Virus record (IMG/VR): IMGVR_UViG_3300046787_000508
Location: 64,001-128,000 of that record
Direction: 5' to 3' (one strand)
Origin: a virus
Taxonomy: Duplodnaviria > Caudoviricetes
DNA: 64,000 nt
The notes beneath the pieces were generated by a model. The model searched no databases and had not been told where the DNA came from. It worked only from the letters and a program-made list of their open reading frames with translations. The position numbers were made by a program, and so were the translations under genes. Positions 1 through 10,677 of this stretch are shown in pieces (the stretch's first letter is position 1; every line of letters begins with the position of its first letter).

Positions 1-1772
1 ACTTGGAATATCTGATTTGACTTCATATATATGGTACTTTCAGCTTGTAGAATCTCTTTTGTTACATCATCTTTATATGATTGTGAAACTTGTGCTGAAG
101 AGTAATCCCCACCGATTTTATTGTAAACTCTAATATCAACAACGTTAACAACACCAACCACATTACCAATTTGAGTTTTTAAATCCCCAACTAATAGTGG
201 GTCTCCCATTTTTCTCTTATCGATTGAGAAAAAGGATGTTGCTTGTTGAACAACGGATTTGATGATATCTGTTGAATTTTCATTTTTATTTACAACTAAA
301 TCAACTTCTAATCCTAAATCGATAACTTCACCACTTTGGATGTCTAAGTAATCGTTTAACATTCTGTATTTTGAAAGATAGTTTAAAACGTTATTTTTCA
401 ACGTATTAGATACGGTATCAATTAGATTACCATTCTCATCATATGATAACAACTTAATTCTAACTTTGTTGTCTTCCTCCATTACACTTACCTTTGCCGG
501 TGCACCGAATGTCGCTGGCATGGTTTCAATCATGGATTTATAATCATTTAACGTCACCGCTCTGTTTTGTGCCGCAAAGTTATATGCAATCATGTTTCTA
601 ATCTCCTCAACTGTAGGTGCGTCTGAACCTCCAACTGCGGGTGTAATGTTAGTAACTCTTAATGATTGGTTTACTTGGTCATTTATTGACGTATTAGGAC
701 CGTTTACAACATATTCGAAGGTATCCATCGAATTGATTACATTAACCCCTAAATTCGTGTCTTTACCACCACCAATACGATATTTTACAAATAAAGTTGA
801 GTTGGTTTTTGGGATTGCACCTAATGAGGTATTATTAAGGAATGTAGAAAGATTAACTTTCATGTTTCCTGTCATATAATTGTCCAAGTTATCCATTGGG
901 TCCACATTACCTGAACCAAAAGTTAGTGAATAATAGTTTTCAGGTGTGTATTCAGTGTAAAATTTATTTACGATACCCATATAATCACCTGATTTGAAAT
1001 TATCTTTATCAGATGCCTCAGTTGGGTCTTCAACAAATATCTTATCTTCAATAAGTGATTTTACTTCGTACCATCTATTATCGGTTCCCATGAATTCATC
1101 TGAAGTAGGATTTGCTCCGTAACCTCCACCATCTTTATGAATTACTGATGTAACACCTAATATGTTTCTTTCAGGTAAATAAATCTTTAAGAATGGTTTT
1201 TGGTCAGTAGATGTAATAACTCTTCTGTAAATTCTTGTTACACCATTTACCACCGCTTCTCTTTTAGTAATTGTATATGAAACCAATTTATTGTTACCAT
1301 CAAAATTAGGTATTTTCAATCTATTAGGTTCACCTTTACTATTAAAAGGACTTGAAAAATCAATATCTTCGACAGTTTCAAATATTTGTCCTCCACCTGA
1401 AACCTGCGCTCCTGATTTCAATATACCTTCATATCTCTCATCATCTTTATCACCCTTTACAGGTACATTAATTGAAAAATCACATAAAGCAATTGATGGT
1501 CTCGGGCCAGGTAGTTTAATACCGTAAGTTTTCGCAATATGAAATAATGATTGTCTTTGTTGTGCAAAGTCCAAAATCGTCTCTTGCCAAACTCTATCAA
1601 TATGATAATGTAAGTTATCCGCAATACCCGCGTTCATGTCCAATAACACCGAATAAATCGAAGCATCATTGAAGTTGGTTATTAGTTCAGGATAGTACTG
1701 TTTGGTTAAATCAACCAATTCTTCTCTAAGTCCCGCAAAATCTCTTGTTGCGTATGATATTTGTTTTGACAT
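1..1772 (-). CDS. gp6: Baseplate wedge subunit (T4 gp6-like), 3' end truncated by the window edge
   Basis: Absent from the ORF track because it has no stop. Read manually from ATG 1772: MSKQISYATRDFAGLREELVDLTKQYYP...GGSDAPTVEEIRNMIAYNFAAQNRAVTLNDY, open to position 1. These are typical gp6/baseplate-J motifs, and the gene directly follows a gp25-like gene. Confidence 0.85.
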   Translation of the reverse strand, partial: MSKQISYATRDFAGLREELVDLTKQYYPELITNFNDASIYSVLLDMNAGIADNLHYHIDRVWQETILDFAQQRQSLFHIAKTYGIKLPGPRPSIALCDFSINVPVKGDKDDERYEGILKSGAQVSGGGQIFETVEDIDFSSPFNSKGEPNRLKIPNFDGNNKLVSYTITKREAVVNGVTRIYRRVITSTDQKPFLKIYLPERNILGVTSVIHKDGGGYGANPTSDEFMGTDNRWYEVKSLIEDKIFVEDPTEASDKDNFKSGDYMGIVNKFYTEYTPENYYSLTFGSGNVDPMDNLDNYMTGNMKVNLSTFLNNTSLGAIPKTNSTLFVKYRIGGGKDTNLGVNVINSMDTFEYVVNGPNTSINDQVNQSLRVTNITPAVGGSDAPTVEEIRNMIAYNFAAQNRAVTLNDYKSMIETMPATFGAPAKVSVMEEDNKVRIKLLSYDENGNLIDTVSNTLKNNVLNYLSKYRMLNDYLDIQSGEVIDLGLEVDLVVNKNENSTDIIKSVVQQATSFFSIDKRKMGDPLLVGDLKTQIGNVVGVVNVVDIRVYNKIGGDYSSAQVSQSYKDDVTKEILQAESTIYMKSNQIFQ

Positions 1773-1773
1773 A

Positions 1774-2226
1774 TTACAAATTAATAATTATAAAATCTGG
1801 TGTGGTAAATGTACCGTTATTAACCGTATAATCAATTTTAACCTTTGCAGTGTACGGTTTGTTCGCTGCAGTTGATACTCTAAATAATCTCGCATCTTCA
1901 TCTTCACTCACGGATGTAATCATCTGCTCAGGGTCGTCTTCCGCAGACATTACCTGAATTGAATTAATATCAAGATTTGGTATGTATTTCTTTACACCTT
2001 CTCTTATTTCTTCTTCGATGTTATTATGTGTGATAATATCGTTTTGGTCGAAAATGTATTCGTATAATCGTGTTCCGAAATCAGGTAATAGGAATCTACT
2101 TCCTTTTCTTGTTAGGAGTAGATGTATTAAATTCGCTCTAACCTCCTTTTCGGGGGTTGCAGTTAATCTAACGTAATTACCAATTGCACTATCCCTAAAT
2201 GGGAAGTCTATACCGTATGTAGCCAT
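1774..2226 (-). CDS. gp25: Baseplate wedge subunit gp25-like
   Basis: VRANLIHLLLTRKGSRFLLPDFGTRLYEYIFD matches the GPW_gp25 family pattern (L.T..GER...P.FG..L....F). Confidence 0.9.
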   Translation of the reverse strand: MATYGIDFPFRDSAIGNYVRLTATPEKEVRANLIHLLLTRKGSRFLLPDFGTRLYEYIFDQNDIITHNNIEEEIREGVKKYIPNLDINSIQVMSAEDDPEQMITSVSEDEDARLFRVSTAANKPYTAKVKIDYTVNNGTFTTPDFIIINL

Positions 2227-2235
2227 AACAATAAA

Positions 2236-2243
2236 TATAAATA
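2236..2243 (-). promoter_or_regulatory. TATTTATA motif (putative late promoter) upstream of gp25
   Basis: Plus strand reads tataaata, so TATTTATA is on the coding strand, 9 nt before the ATG at 2226. Confidence 0.55.
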
Positions 2244-2262
2244 ATTGTAAAATGGTAATAAA

Positions 2263-2293
2263 TAAAAAAACCTTAACAAATGTTAAGGTTTTT
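2263..2293. terminator. Intrinsic terminator downstream of nrdA (possibly bidirectional)
   Basis: Inverted repeat aaaaaccttaaca-aa-tgttaaggttttt with A/T tracts on both sides. Confidence 0.75.
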
Positions 2294-2314
2294 AGTGTTT
2301 AATCGTCTAATATG

Positions 2315-4747
2315 TTATGAACCACATCCTTCACACTCAAAAGGTGAATCTGTTGGTCTTTCTGATGTCATTACAACTTCAGGAGTTTGTTCACTTATTA
2401 GAGTATTGTTAGTTGGTACATCTACATTGTTTACTGAGGATGTCTGTTCAATAGGTTTCATTGCTGACATATCAACACCTAATCCTTTAATTGCATCAAC
2501 CGCCGCTCTTGTTCTTAAGTAATACATACCAGTTTTCAATCCTAATTTCCAACCATATAAGTGTGCCGCCAATAATTTAGGTTTTGTGGCATTGTCCACA
2601 AATAAATTTAATGACTGTGATTGGTCAATAAAGATACTTCTGTTAGCTGCCATTTGTAAAACTCTCTTTTGTGACATTTCCCAAACAGTTTTATAAACTT
2701 CTTTCAATTCAGTTGGGATTTCAGGAATATTTTGAACTGAACCATTTTCCATGATTAATTTGTTCTTAATTGCATCATTCCACAAATCAAGTTTAACCAA
2801 TTCTTTTACTAAGTGTTTATTGATAACAATAAATTCACCACCTAATGTTCTACGTGAATATAGGTTAGTTGTGAATGGTTCGAACGCTTCGTTATTACCT
2901 AAAATTTGTGCCGTAGATGCTGTTGGCATCGGAGCCACTAACAATGAGTTTCTAACACCATAATTAACGACTTCTTTTCTTAATGATTTCCAATCCCAAC
3001 GTCCTGATAAATCACTATCGGTTTTACCCCACATTTGAAATTGGAATATTCCTTTTTCGATAGGTGAACCAACAATAGATTCATACGGTCCGAATTCTTT
3101 TGCCAAATCTTTTGATGAAGTCATCGCCGCGAAATATATTGTTTCGAATATCTCAGTTTGTAACTTATCTGCCTCTTCACTCTCAAACGCCAAACCTAAA
3201 ATACAGAATACGTCAGCTAAACCTTGTACACCAAGACCTACTGGTCTATGTTTAAAGTTTGAACGTTTTGTTTCTTCTGTTGGGTAGAAGTTTAAGTCAA
3301 TTACGTTGTTTAAGTTTTTTGTAACTTGGTAAGTTTGGTCATATAATAATTGATGACTAAATTCTCCGTCAACAATGTATTTTGGTAACGCAATTGATGC
3401 CAAATTACAAACTGCTTGTTCCTCAGGTGAACTATATTCAATGATTTCAGTACATAAATTTGAAGATTTAATAGTACCTAAATTCTTTTGATTTGATTTG
3501 TAGTTTGCCGGGTCCTTATATAACATATAAGGTGTACCTGTTTCAATTTGTGCAGTTAAAATTGCATCCATTAATTTTCGTGCCTTAACCACTTTCCTTG
3601 CTCTACCCTCTTGTTCATATTGTTCATATAAACGAGTGAATGCTTTATCTTCAGGACTATCGTACGCATCTGATAATCCAGGTGCTTCGTCAGGTGAGAA
3701 TAAAGACCAATCTCCATCAGTTTCTACTCTTTCCATGAATAACCCCGGTGTCCACATTGCTAAGAACAAATCTCTTGCTCTCATTTCCTCTTTACCGTGA
3801 TTTTTTCTTAAATCAATAAAATCAAATACGTCAGCGTGCCATGGTTCAAGATATACTGCAAATGAACCCTTACGTTTACCACCTTGGTTAATCCAACGAG
3901 CAACTTCATTATAAGTTTTCATCATTGGTAGTAATCCGTCAGATTCTCCTCCCGTTCCTTTAATGTATGAACCTTTAGCTCTCACATCGTGTACGTGTAA
4001 TCCAATACCACCAGCCCATTTAGAAATCTTAGCAACATCCTTCAACGTATCAAATAAACCATCGATATCGTCACCTTTATTCCCAACTAAGAAACAAGAA
4101 GACATTTGAGGTCTACGAGTACCCGCGTTGAATAATGTTGGTGTAGCATGAGTATAGTAGTGTTCAGATAGGTCGTTATAAATTCTAATAGCTTCATTAA
4201 CGTTACCATTACAAATACCGACCGCAACTCTCATGTAAAGGTATTGAGGTCTTTCAACAACTCTATCACCAATCTTCAACAAATATGAACGTTCTAACGT
4301 TTTGAATCCAAAATAATCAAACATGAAATCTCTTTCTTGATTAATTGCTCCATCTAACACTTCTCTATTTGCCAACACAAACTTGTGAATATCATCATCA
4401 ATAAGTGACGATTCTTTACCTGTTTTAGGTTCCACAAATGAATATAATTCTTTAATCGATTGTGAAAACTTTTTTGGTGTTGTTTTATGTAAATTGGAAA
4501 CCGCTAACCTTCCCGCTAATTTTGAATAGTCAGGATGTGTAGTGGCCATAGCGGCAGCTGTCTCAGCTGCCAATACGTCCAATTCTGTTGTTGATATGCC
4601 GTCAAATATTCCCTGTGTTACCTTTAATGTTACAAAGGTAGGGTCAACATACTCTAAATCTAAATCATTACAGAATACGTTAATTCTTCGTGTAATCTTA
4701 TCATATCTCATTTCCTCAAGGGAACCATCTCTTTTCTTTACTTTCAT
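2315..4747 (-). CDS. nrdA: Ribonucleotide reductase class Ia alpha subunit with N-terminal ATP cone
   Basis: VKKRDG ATP cone, TPTLFNAGT, SSCFL, SNLCTEI (radical Cys), APMPTAST, KTGMYYLR, C-terminal CEGC. Confidence 0.98.
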   Translation of the reverse strand: MKVKKRDGSLEEMRYDKITRRINVFCNDLDLEYVDPTFVTLKVTQGIFDGISTTELDVLAAETAAAMATTHPDYSKLAGRLAVSNLHKTTPKKFSQSIKELYSFVEPKTGKESSLIDDDIHKFVLANREVLDGAINQERDFMFDYFGFKTLERSYLLKIGDRVVERPQYLYMRVAVGICNGNVNEAIRIYNDLSEHYYTHATPTLFNAGTRRPQMSSCFLVGNKGDDIDGLFDTLKDVAKISKWAGGIGLHVHDVRAKGSYIKGTGGESDGLLPMMKTYNEVARWINQGGKRKGSFAVYLEPWHADVFDFIDLRKNHGKEEMRARDLFLAMWTPGLFMERVETDGDWSLFSPDEAPGLSDAYDSPEDKAFTRLYEQYEQEGRARKVVKARKLMDAILTAQIETGTPYMLYKDPANYKSNQKNLGTIKSSNLCTEIIEYSSPEEQAVCNLASIALPKYIVDGEFSHQLLYDQTYQVTKNLNNVIDLNFYPTEETKRSNFKHRPVGLGVQGLADVFCILGLAFESEEADKLQTEIFETIYFAAMTSSKDLAKEFGPYESIVGSPIEKGIFQFQMWGKTDSDLSGRWDWKSLRKEVVNYGVRNSLLVAPMPTASTAQILGNNEAFEPFTTNLYSRRTLGGEFIVINKHLVKELVKLDLWNDAIKNKLIMENGSVQNIPEIPTELKEVYKTVWEMSQKRVLQMAANRSIFIDQSQSLNLFVDNATKPKLLAAHLYGWKLGLKTGMYYLRTRAAVDAIKGLGVDMSAMKPIEQTSSVNNVDVPTNNTLISEQTPEVVMTSERPTDSPFECEGCGS

Positions 4748-4760
4748 CTTCTATTATAGT

Positions 4761-5732
4761 TTAAAAATCAATATCGTCAAATGCTGAATCCAAATCTTCA
4801 GACACGTTATTTACTCCTGCCTTTTGATATTCTGCAACTCGTTTCTCAAAGAAATTAGTTTTACCCTGTAATGCTATGTTTTGCATAAAATCAAATGGGT
4901 TTTCTGAGTTATAAACTTTAGGAACACCTAAAGACACCAATAATCTATCAGTAACGAACTCAAGATATTGTGACATTAATTCAGAGTTCATACCAATCAA
5001 ACGAACTGGTAGAGCTTCAAGAATAAATTCTTTTTCAATTTCTAATGCCCCACAGATAATTTCTTTAATTCTATTTGGGTCGATTTTGTTTTCAATATGT
5101 TGGTTGTAAATATGACAAGCGAAATCACAGTGTACACCCTCATCTCGAGAAATCAATTCATTTGAGAATGTTAACCCAGGCATTAAACCTCTTTTCTTTA
5201 ACCAAAAAATCGAACAGAATGAACCTGAGAAGAAAATACCTTCAACTGCTGCGAATGCAATTAATCTATCCACAAACGAATCCGAATTAATCCATTTTAA
5301 TGCCCAATCCGCCTTCTTCTTAACGGCAGGAATCGTATCAATTGCATTAAACAAATAGTGTTGTTCTTCTTTATCTTTAACTAATGTGTCAATTAAAAGA
5401 GAATAAGTTTCACTATGGATATTTTCCATCATAATTTGGAAACCATAGAAGAATTTTGCCTCGGTATATTGAACCTCATTAACAAAGTTAATTGCCAAAT
5501 TTTCATTTACAATCCCATCGGATGCAGCGAAGAATGCCAATACATGTTTAACGAAATGTTTCTCATCGTCGTTTAATTTATTTTCCCAATCGGATACGTC
5601 TTGTCCCAAATCAATTTCCTCTGAGGTCCAAAAAGACGCTTCAGATTGTTTGTAATATTTCCACAAATCGTGGTGTTGTATTGGGAATAGGACGAATCGT
5701 CCGCCATTATCTTGTAAGATTTTCTCTGTCAT
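4761..5732 (-). CDS. nrdB: Ribonucleotide reductase class Ia beta subunit
   Basis: [38 protein letters not shown] di-iron motifs; [11 protein letters not shown] tail. Confidence 0.98.
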   Translation of the reverse strand: MTEKILQDNGGRFVLFPIQHHDLWKYYKQSEASFWTSEEIDLGQDVSDWENKLNDDEKHFVKHVLAFFAASDGIVNENLAINFVNEVQYTEAKFFYGFQIMMENIHSETYSLLIDTLVKDKEEQHYLFNAIDTIPAVKKKADWALKWINSDSFVDRLIAFAAVEGIFFSGSFCSIFWLKKRGLMPGLTFSNELISRDEGVHCDFACHIYNQHIENKIDPNRIKEIICGALEIEKEFILEALPVRLIGMNSELMSQYLEFVTDRLLVSLGVPKVYNSENPFDFMQNIALQGKTNFFEKRVAEYQKAGVNNVSEDLDSAFDDIDF

Positions 5733-5746
5733 ATTTTTATATTTTA

Positions 5747-7129
5747 TTATTGTTGATTTACTCTCGTTTCTTGTGATTTACGATACACTTCCTGTGCTCT
5801 TGTTGCTCTATCCTTTACTTTATCTTGTTCGAATCCTAATAATGTATTTTGTGAATCTGTATCAATAATAAGGAATTTATTATCAAATTTACAGTTTTGG
5901 AAAATAACACCATCTTGACCAATACGTGATTTTAATAAAGTTAACGTACCCAAGTTATTTTCTTTTTGTTCTAACGTTTTACCGATAGAAAGAATAATGT
6001 GAGCCACTTGTGCTTTCTTAATATTACCACCCATTTGGTCACTTGTTACAACTTCAGAAGAAATAGAATCTCTATTACCTTGTGTTGCCGTCCAAACAGC
6101 GAAATCAAATTCAGATGTCATTGATTCTAATTGTCTCATGATTGCACCTTCACCTTTCCATTCTTCACCGAAAGCGTTTTTCTCAGCACTTAAACAATCG
6201 ACATAATCAATTAATAAAAGGTCAATTTTAACACCTTCAGATTCCATTTTTCTTACAATAGTTTTAATGTCTGAAACTGTAACACCGAAACTTGGTAACT
6301 TTAATAATTTCAAGAAGTTTTTACTTTCACTATTTCTTTGTTCAACGATTGAAATTACTTCTTGAGCGTGTTCACTTTGTTTATCTGGTTCAATACCTGT
6401 CCAAATCGTAAAGTGTTTTCTTTTGATATTTGTTTCACTATCCTCGAAGAATATTTGTAAAACATTTTTACCGTCATTAAACGCAGTGTTAGCGAATAAC
6501 GTTAATAAGGTTGTTTTACCTGTACCTGTAGGTGCCAATACCACTCCTAATTCACCCATACCGATACCACCTTTCAAAAGTCTATCGATTCCATTGATTC
6601 CGGTTGGGATTGGTACTCTTGAATCTTTTTCCAACGCTCCTGCAATATCATCAAAGACATCCTTTGCACCGTCTGAAGACGCACCTACTTGTAATGCATC
6701 GTTTACAAGTTTTTCAATCTTTACATATTCCTCAAAGTCTCCATTTTCGATGATATTGTTTACATCTTTAATTGCTTTCTTTAATACCTGTTGTTTACAG
6801 AAATTAAGGGAAGTATTCTTAATGTATTCAGGAACATCAATATGGTGCTCCTGAATTGTTTTTAACGTATCCATGTGTAATTTGGATGACGTATCTTTGT
6901 TCGATTCGGACATTAGTTTTTGTGCCAACGTATCGTAAGACGGGATTGCCCCGAACTTAGTGTGTATTTCTTTAACGTTCTCCATAATGTATCTAAAGTA
7001 TGGACTATCGAAGTACTTACTTTCCATAACATCAACGATGTTCTTAGCAAATTTTTTGTCTTCAATAATTGTTTTCAATAAAGAAACCTGGAACGACTGA
7101 CCTAAATAACCGAAATTCTTTTCACTCAT
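5747..7129 (-). CDS. dnaB: Replicative DnaB-like helicase (gp41-like)
   Basis: Walker [18 protein letters not shown] (Walker B), [15 protein letters not shown]. Confidence 0.92.
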   Translation of the reverse strand: MSEKNFGYLGQSFQVSLLKTIIEDKKFAKNIVDVMESKYFDSPYFRYIMENVKEIHTKFGAIPSYDTLAQKLMSESNKDTSSKLHMDTLKTIQEHHIDVPEYIKNTSLNFCKQQVLKKAIKDVNNIIENGDFEEYVKIEKLVNDALQVGASSDGAKDVFDDIAGALEKDSRVPIPTGINGIDRLLKGGIGMGELGVVLAPTGTGKTTLLTLFANTAFNDGKNVLQIFFEDSETNIKRKHFTIWTGIEPDKQSEHAQEVISIVEQRNSESKNFLKLLKLPSFGVTVSDIKTIVRKMESEGVKIDLLLIDYVDCLSAEKNAFGEEWKGEGAIMRQLESMTSEFDFAVWTATQGNRDSISSEVVTSDQMGGNIKKAQVAHIILSIGKTLEQKENNLGTLTLLKSRIGQDGVIFQNCKFDNKFLIIDTDSQNTLLGFEQDKVKDRATRAQEVYRKSQETRVNQQ

Positions 7130-7159
7130 GTTTATATTTGTTTATATTTTCTAAAAAAA

Positions 7160-7603
7160 TTACAGCTCATATTGTAGGTAACTTGTCTCTAAGTCATTAG
7201 ATGACAATATATCTGTCAATTCTGACAAAATACCTCTGATTTTTGGTCTAACATCCACCGAGTATCTCGCTTTAGGATGGTAGTAATGTGCTGGGAATAT
7301 TCTAGAAATAAATACATCGTCGCCTAGCTTTACTTCCAATAAAAAGTGTTCTTCTTTGTTCTCATCCCCATCTTCTGAAACATCAGAACCGTAAAAATAA
7401 TTGGGATTTTCACTCATGTAGTCGGAACTTTTCATTTTCAAATCTTCCGAAATTTCGTCACAAATATTTTTTACTGAGTAGTGCATATCCATCGAACGTC
7501 TCGCTCTTGGATTGTAATCTTTAACATTAAAAAATCGTTGGATAATGATGTTTCCTTCTAATGTTAATAGGAATTCGAATTTTGTAATTTCTTGGTTTTG
7601 CAT
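7160..7603 (-). CDS. Hypothetical protein within the replication operon
   Basis: 147-aa ORF tightly packed between RNase H and the helicase; no recognised motif. Confidence 0.75.
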   Translation of the reverse strand: MQNQEITKFEFLLTLEGNIIIQRFFNVKDYNPRARRSMDMHYSVKNICDEISEDLKMKSSDYMSENPNYFYGSDVSEDGDENKEEHFLLEVKLGDDVFISRIFPAHYYHPKARYSVDVRPKIRGILSELTDILSSNDLETSYLQYEL

Positions 7604-7607
7604 TGTG

Positions 7608-8624
7608 TTATTTGATTTTAAATTTAATGTAGCTTTTATTTTTTTCTTTTCTTGTTAATCTAAGGAATGGGTTTAGGAACTTTATCCAAGCGTCGTCTGA
7701 TTTTGGTAACACGTTGAATAGTCCATCCTCCATCATCATTTTCATCGTATTTTTATACGACCGTCCTTCGGGGTCTAAATTTTCATTTATAAGGAGTTCG
7801 ATATTCTCTCTTGCCTCGTCAGTAAGAAAAGGTTTATCCAAACTTACAATACTATTATTTATTTCGAAAAATTCTTCACCTAGAACCCCATGTTTTGTAA
7901 CACCTGTAAGTAATTTGGTAACTAATTTGTTGTTCTTATCCTGTTCAAATAAAATATTAGATTTATCTTTTATTTGTTGCAGTGTAAGTGGTTCCGTTCT
8001 TAGTTCGGGGAAAAGAGACAAAAGACTCTTAACTCCCATACCTCTAATACCTGCAATGTTGTCCGATGCGTCACCACACATCATCTTAACCAACTTTACG
8101 TTTTCAATTAAGAGTTCTTCGTGGTCATAAATAATAGTATCCTTTTGTTTGTATAACTTCCCATGAGATGGGTTGTAGATTTGTGTGTTAGAAGAAACTA
8201 ATTGTGTTAAATCACCATCAGATGAATAAACAATTATTTTTTCTTTCGGTGAGTTTTGAGTGTAATAAGCGATGGCGTCATCGGTCTCACAATACTCATA
8301 TTCACCTTGTCTAACGAATAACTCTTCAAGGTATTGTTTAATACGTTCTCTTTGGTAGTTATAAGAGCTTAATTCTTCTTCGGTTCTTATTCTTGATTTT
8401 CTATTCTCTTTGTAGTGACAATAGAGTTTTTTTCGGGTTTGAGAACCCTCATGACCGTCCCAAAATACTACGATTTTGTCTAACTTATATAATTCAAATG
8501 ATTTTCTAAGGGTATTAATAAAATGGTATAATCCACCAATATGATTTCCTTTATAGAAATAATTCTTAACACCATAGAACCCAATCGTAAGTAAATTGTC
8601 TCCGTCAACAAGTAAAACCGACAT
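7608..8624 (-). CDS. rnh: 5'-3' exonuclease / T4 RNase H-like flap endonuclease
   Basis: LLVDGDNL, RKKLY..YKENR, ETDDAIAY, SSDGDLTQL, GDASDNIAGIRGMGVK (H3TH). Confidence 0.92.
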   Translation of the reverse strand: MSVLLVDGDNLLTIGFYGVKNYFYKGNHIGGLYHFINTLRKSFELYKLDKIVVFWDGHEGSQTRKKLYCHYKENRKSRIRTEEELSSYNYQRERIKQYLEELFVRQGEYEYCETDDAIAYYTQNSPKEKIIVYSSDGDLTQLVSSNTQIYNPSHGKLYKQKDTIIYDHEELLIENVKLVKMMCGDASDNIAGIRGMGVKSLLSLFPELRTEPLTLQQIKDKSNILFEQDKNNKLVTKLLTGVTKHGVLGEEFFEINNSIVSLDKPFLTDEARENIELLINENLDPEGRSYKNTMKMMMEDGLFNVLPKSDDAWIKFLNPFLRLTRKEKNKSYIKFKIK

Positions 8625-8642
8625 TTAAATTTGTTTTATTAA

Positions 8643-9653
8643 TTACTCTTCTTCTGTTACAACTTTCACATCCGCGATGTCTGCAACACTGACACCTAAT
8701 CTTTCACTAATATAATCTCCTGAGATTTTTTTATAGTCTTCGATTGATTTTTTCTCTTCAACATCATCTCTACCTGGCATAAACCCGTGAGATGTTACCA
8801 AGATACGTCCATCCTCATATCCCAAACCATTTACGTGGTTCTTCATAATTGAGATTTTAGTTCTTGTTGCGATTTTAACTTTTCTCTTATCTTTAGTGAT
8901 TGAGATTTTAGTTGTTCCCGCACCTTTTTGGTTACCGAATAAGAATACTAAAGTTGAGTTTAACCAAATGGCTTCACCACCTTTAGCTTTGATTTTTGGT
9001 TGACCGAATGGATTGTCAGGTAATTCTACCCATGGTTGGTTTACAATTACTAATGTGTTTGTATAATCGTTATCTGTTCTTCTTGAACCTGAAATACGTT
9101 GATTCAGACCCATTCCGATTTTATCCGATAATACGGACGCATTATGTTGTTTACCACCTTTACCATCAAAAGTCATTTTACATGGAACAGAACCCACAGA
9201 ATCCCATAAAAACAACATATCGTGAGGAATGTCACCTTTAGCTTGAGCGTCAAGTAATTCGTTAATGTAATCTGTAATTTGTTCTATGTATTGGAAGTTA
9301 TTGTTGAAAAGGAAAAATCCGTCCCAATCAATTGCTCCTGTTTCTTCGTCAACTACTTGTTCACATTCAAAACCCATTAATTTAGCGTGTGGGAAATCCC
9401 ATTTCTGTTCTGTGATGATAAAGACAGGAAGGATTCCTTTCTTTTGTGCATCAACGGCAGTTTTCACTAATGCTGTGGTCTTACCTGTATCTGAGTGACC
9501 AAGTAACATGTTTATGTGTCCCATTGCAGGACCGGGTAACCCCGTTGCTTCCAAGAAAGCGTTACCTAAATCAAAGAATCTTTCAGCTTTGAAAGACGCT
9601 TCTTTAGAGAACTTTTTCTTTAAGGCAGAAAAGTCATTTTTTTTAATTGCCAT
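8643..9653 (-). CDS. uvsX: RecA/UvsX-like recombinase
   Basis: Walker A GHSDTGKT, Walker B LWDSVGS, VNQPW, KGGEAI, KNHVNG. Confidence 0.9.
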   Translation of the reverse strand: MAIKKNDFSALKKKFSKEASFKAERFFDLGNAFLEATGLPGPAMGHINMLLGHSDTGKTTALVKTAVDAQKKGILPVFIITEQKWDFPHAKLMGFECEQVVDEETGAIDWDGFFLFNNNFQYIEQITDYINELLDAQAKGDIPHDMLFLWDSVGSVPCKMTFDGKGGKQHNASVLSDKIGMGLNQRISGSRRTDNDYTNTLVIVNQPWVELPDNPFGQPKIKAKGGEAIWLNSTLVFLFGNQKGAGTTKISITKDKRKVKIATRTKISIMKNHVNGLGYEDGRILVTSHGFMPGRDDVEEKKSIEDYKKISGDYISERLGVSVADIADVKVVTEEE

Positions 9654-9670
9654 GTTGGTTGTTTTAAAAT

Positions 9671-9697
9671 GGAACCCAAGGTGAATCCAAGGGTTCC
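9671..9697 (-). terminator. Stem-loop between gp32 and recA (terminator/attenuator or mRNA processing hairpin)
   Basis: ggaaccc...gggttcc inverted repeat followed by atttt on the minus strand. Confidence 0.55.
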
Positions 9698-9711
9698 TTG
9701 TTGTTTGTTAA

Positions 9712-10575
9712 TTAGAAAGGTAAATCTTCGTCAACTTCCTCGTCGATTTGTGGGTCAACCACAGGTGCCGTAGGTGTTGAAGTTGTAGGTGTTTTAGCTC
9801 CTCCGAAAGTTTCTTCACCTGATGTAGATGAAACATATTTCTTAAGGTCACTATCCCAACGTGGTGCCTCACCTCTTGCCACTAACTCAAGGTAATCTTC
9901 ACTTTTTTGTGAATACACATCAGCCCAAGTCAATTCATCGTTAACCCATGTTTCAGATACAGTTGCATCTGTATGTAATGGACCCATATCTTCAGGGATG
10001 ATTGAGTTAATTGTTGTATATTCTTTTCCTGTTCCCGCTTTACTTAAAGCTAAAGAAAGAATTAAATCACGTCCGTTTTCAGCATTGGTGATATCACCTT
10101 TGTTACGGAAAATAGGGAATACTTTGTCCATGATACCATCACCTTTGTGGTTATGTTTGAATCTCCAAAACTTAACCCCGTCTTGTTCGTTATCACGGTC
10201 AATAACTTTTACGATGTAAAATTTACGAGAACGATAAGTTCTAGCTAATTCTCTATCTGATTCTACACCCGTCATCATTAAACTGTCATAAACTTCGTTT
10301 AATGGTGAACGTTTTCCTTCTTGTTTTGGGTCATATAATTTAACCCATTTACCATCTACTTGTACTTCGTGGAAATACACTTCTTTAAATGGTGATGTAC
10401 CATCTGTAGTTGGTAAAATACGAATACGTCTTTCCTCACCTTTTGAACCTTTAGGTAAAATGGTAGTGAAATAACGTTTTAATCTGTCCTCTTGCGAGAT
10501 TTTTCCTGCGTTGCCACTTGTGGCGTTGTTCTTGTTCTTCTCGTACTGTGCCAGTACTGCATCAAATGTTGACAT
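9712..10575 (-). CDS. gp32: Single-stranded DNA-binding protein (gp32-like)
   Basis: IRILP..DG.SPF....FH, FYIVKVIDRD, VKFWRF, acidic C-terminal tail ending DEDLPF. Confidence 0.88.
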   Translation of the reverse strand: MSTFDAVLAQYEKNKNNATSGNAGKISQEDRLKRYFTTILPKGSKGEERRIRILPTTDGTSPFKEVYFHEVQVDGKWVKLYDPKQEGKRSPLNEVYDSLMMTGVESDRELARTYRSRKFYIVKVIDRDNEQDGVKFWRFKHNHKGDGIMDKVFPIFRNKGDITNAENGRDLILSLALSKAGTGKEYTTINSIIPEDMGPLHTDATVSETWVNDELTWADVYSQKSEDYLELVARGEAPRWDSDLKKYVSSTSGEETFGGAKTPTTSTPTAPVVDPQIDEEVDEDLPF

Positions 10576-10612
10576 GTTTTTAAAATTTAAATTAATAGAA
10601 ATATTATACTAA

Positions 10613-10641
10613 AATATACATAAAAAAACCCGGACTTCAAA
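10613..10641 (-). promoter_or_regulatory. Sigma70-like promoter for the replication operon (TTTGAA-17-TATATT)
   Basis: Exact 17-nt spacer. The same TATATT -10 occurs upstream of polB, the first GT and the HAD gene. Confidence 0.45.
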
Positions 10642-10650
10642 ATCCGGGTT
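10622..10650 (-). terminator. Intrinsic terminator after the LamG gene
   Basis: Minus strand aacccgga-ttttgaag-tccgggtt followed by a T tract. Confidence 0.8.
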
Positions 10651-10677
10651 AATCTTTTTTTAATATATTTTTAATCG

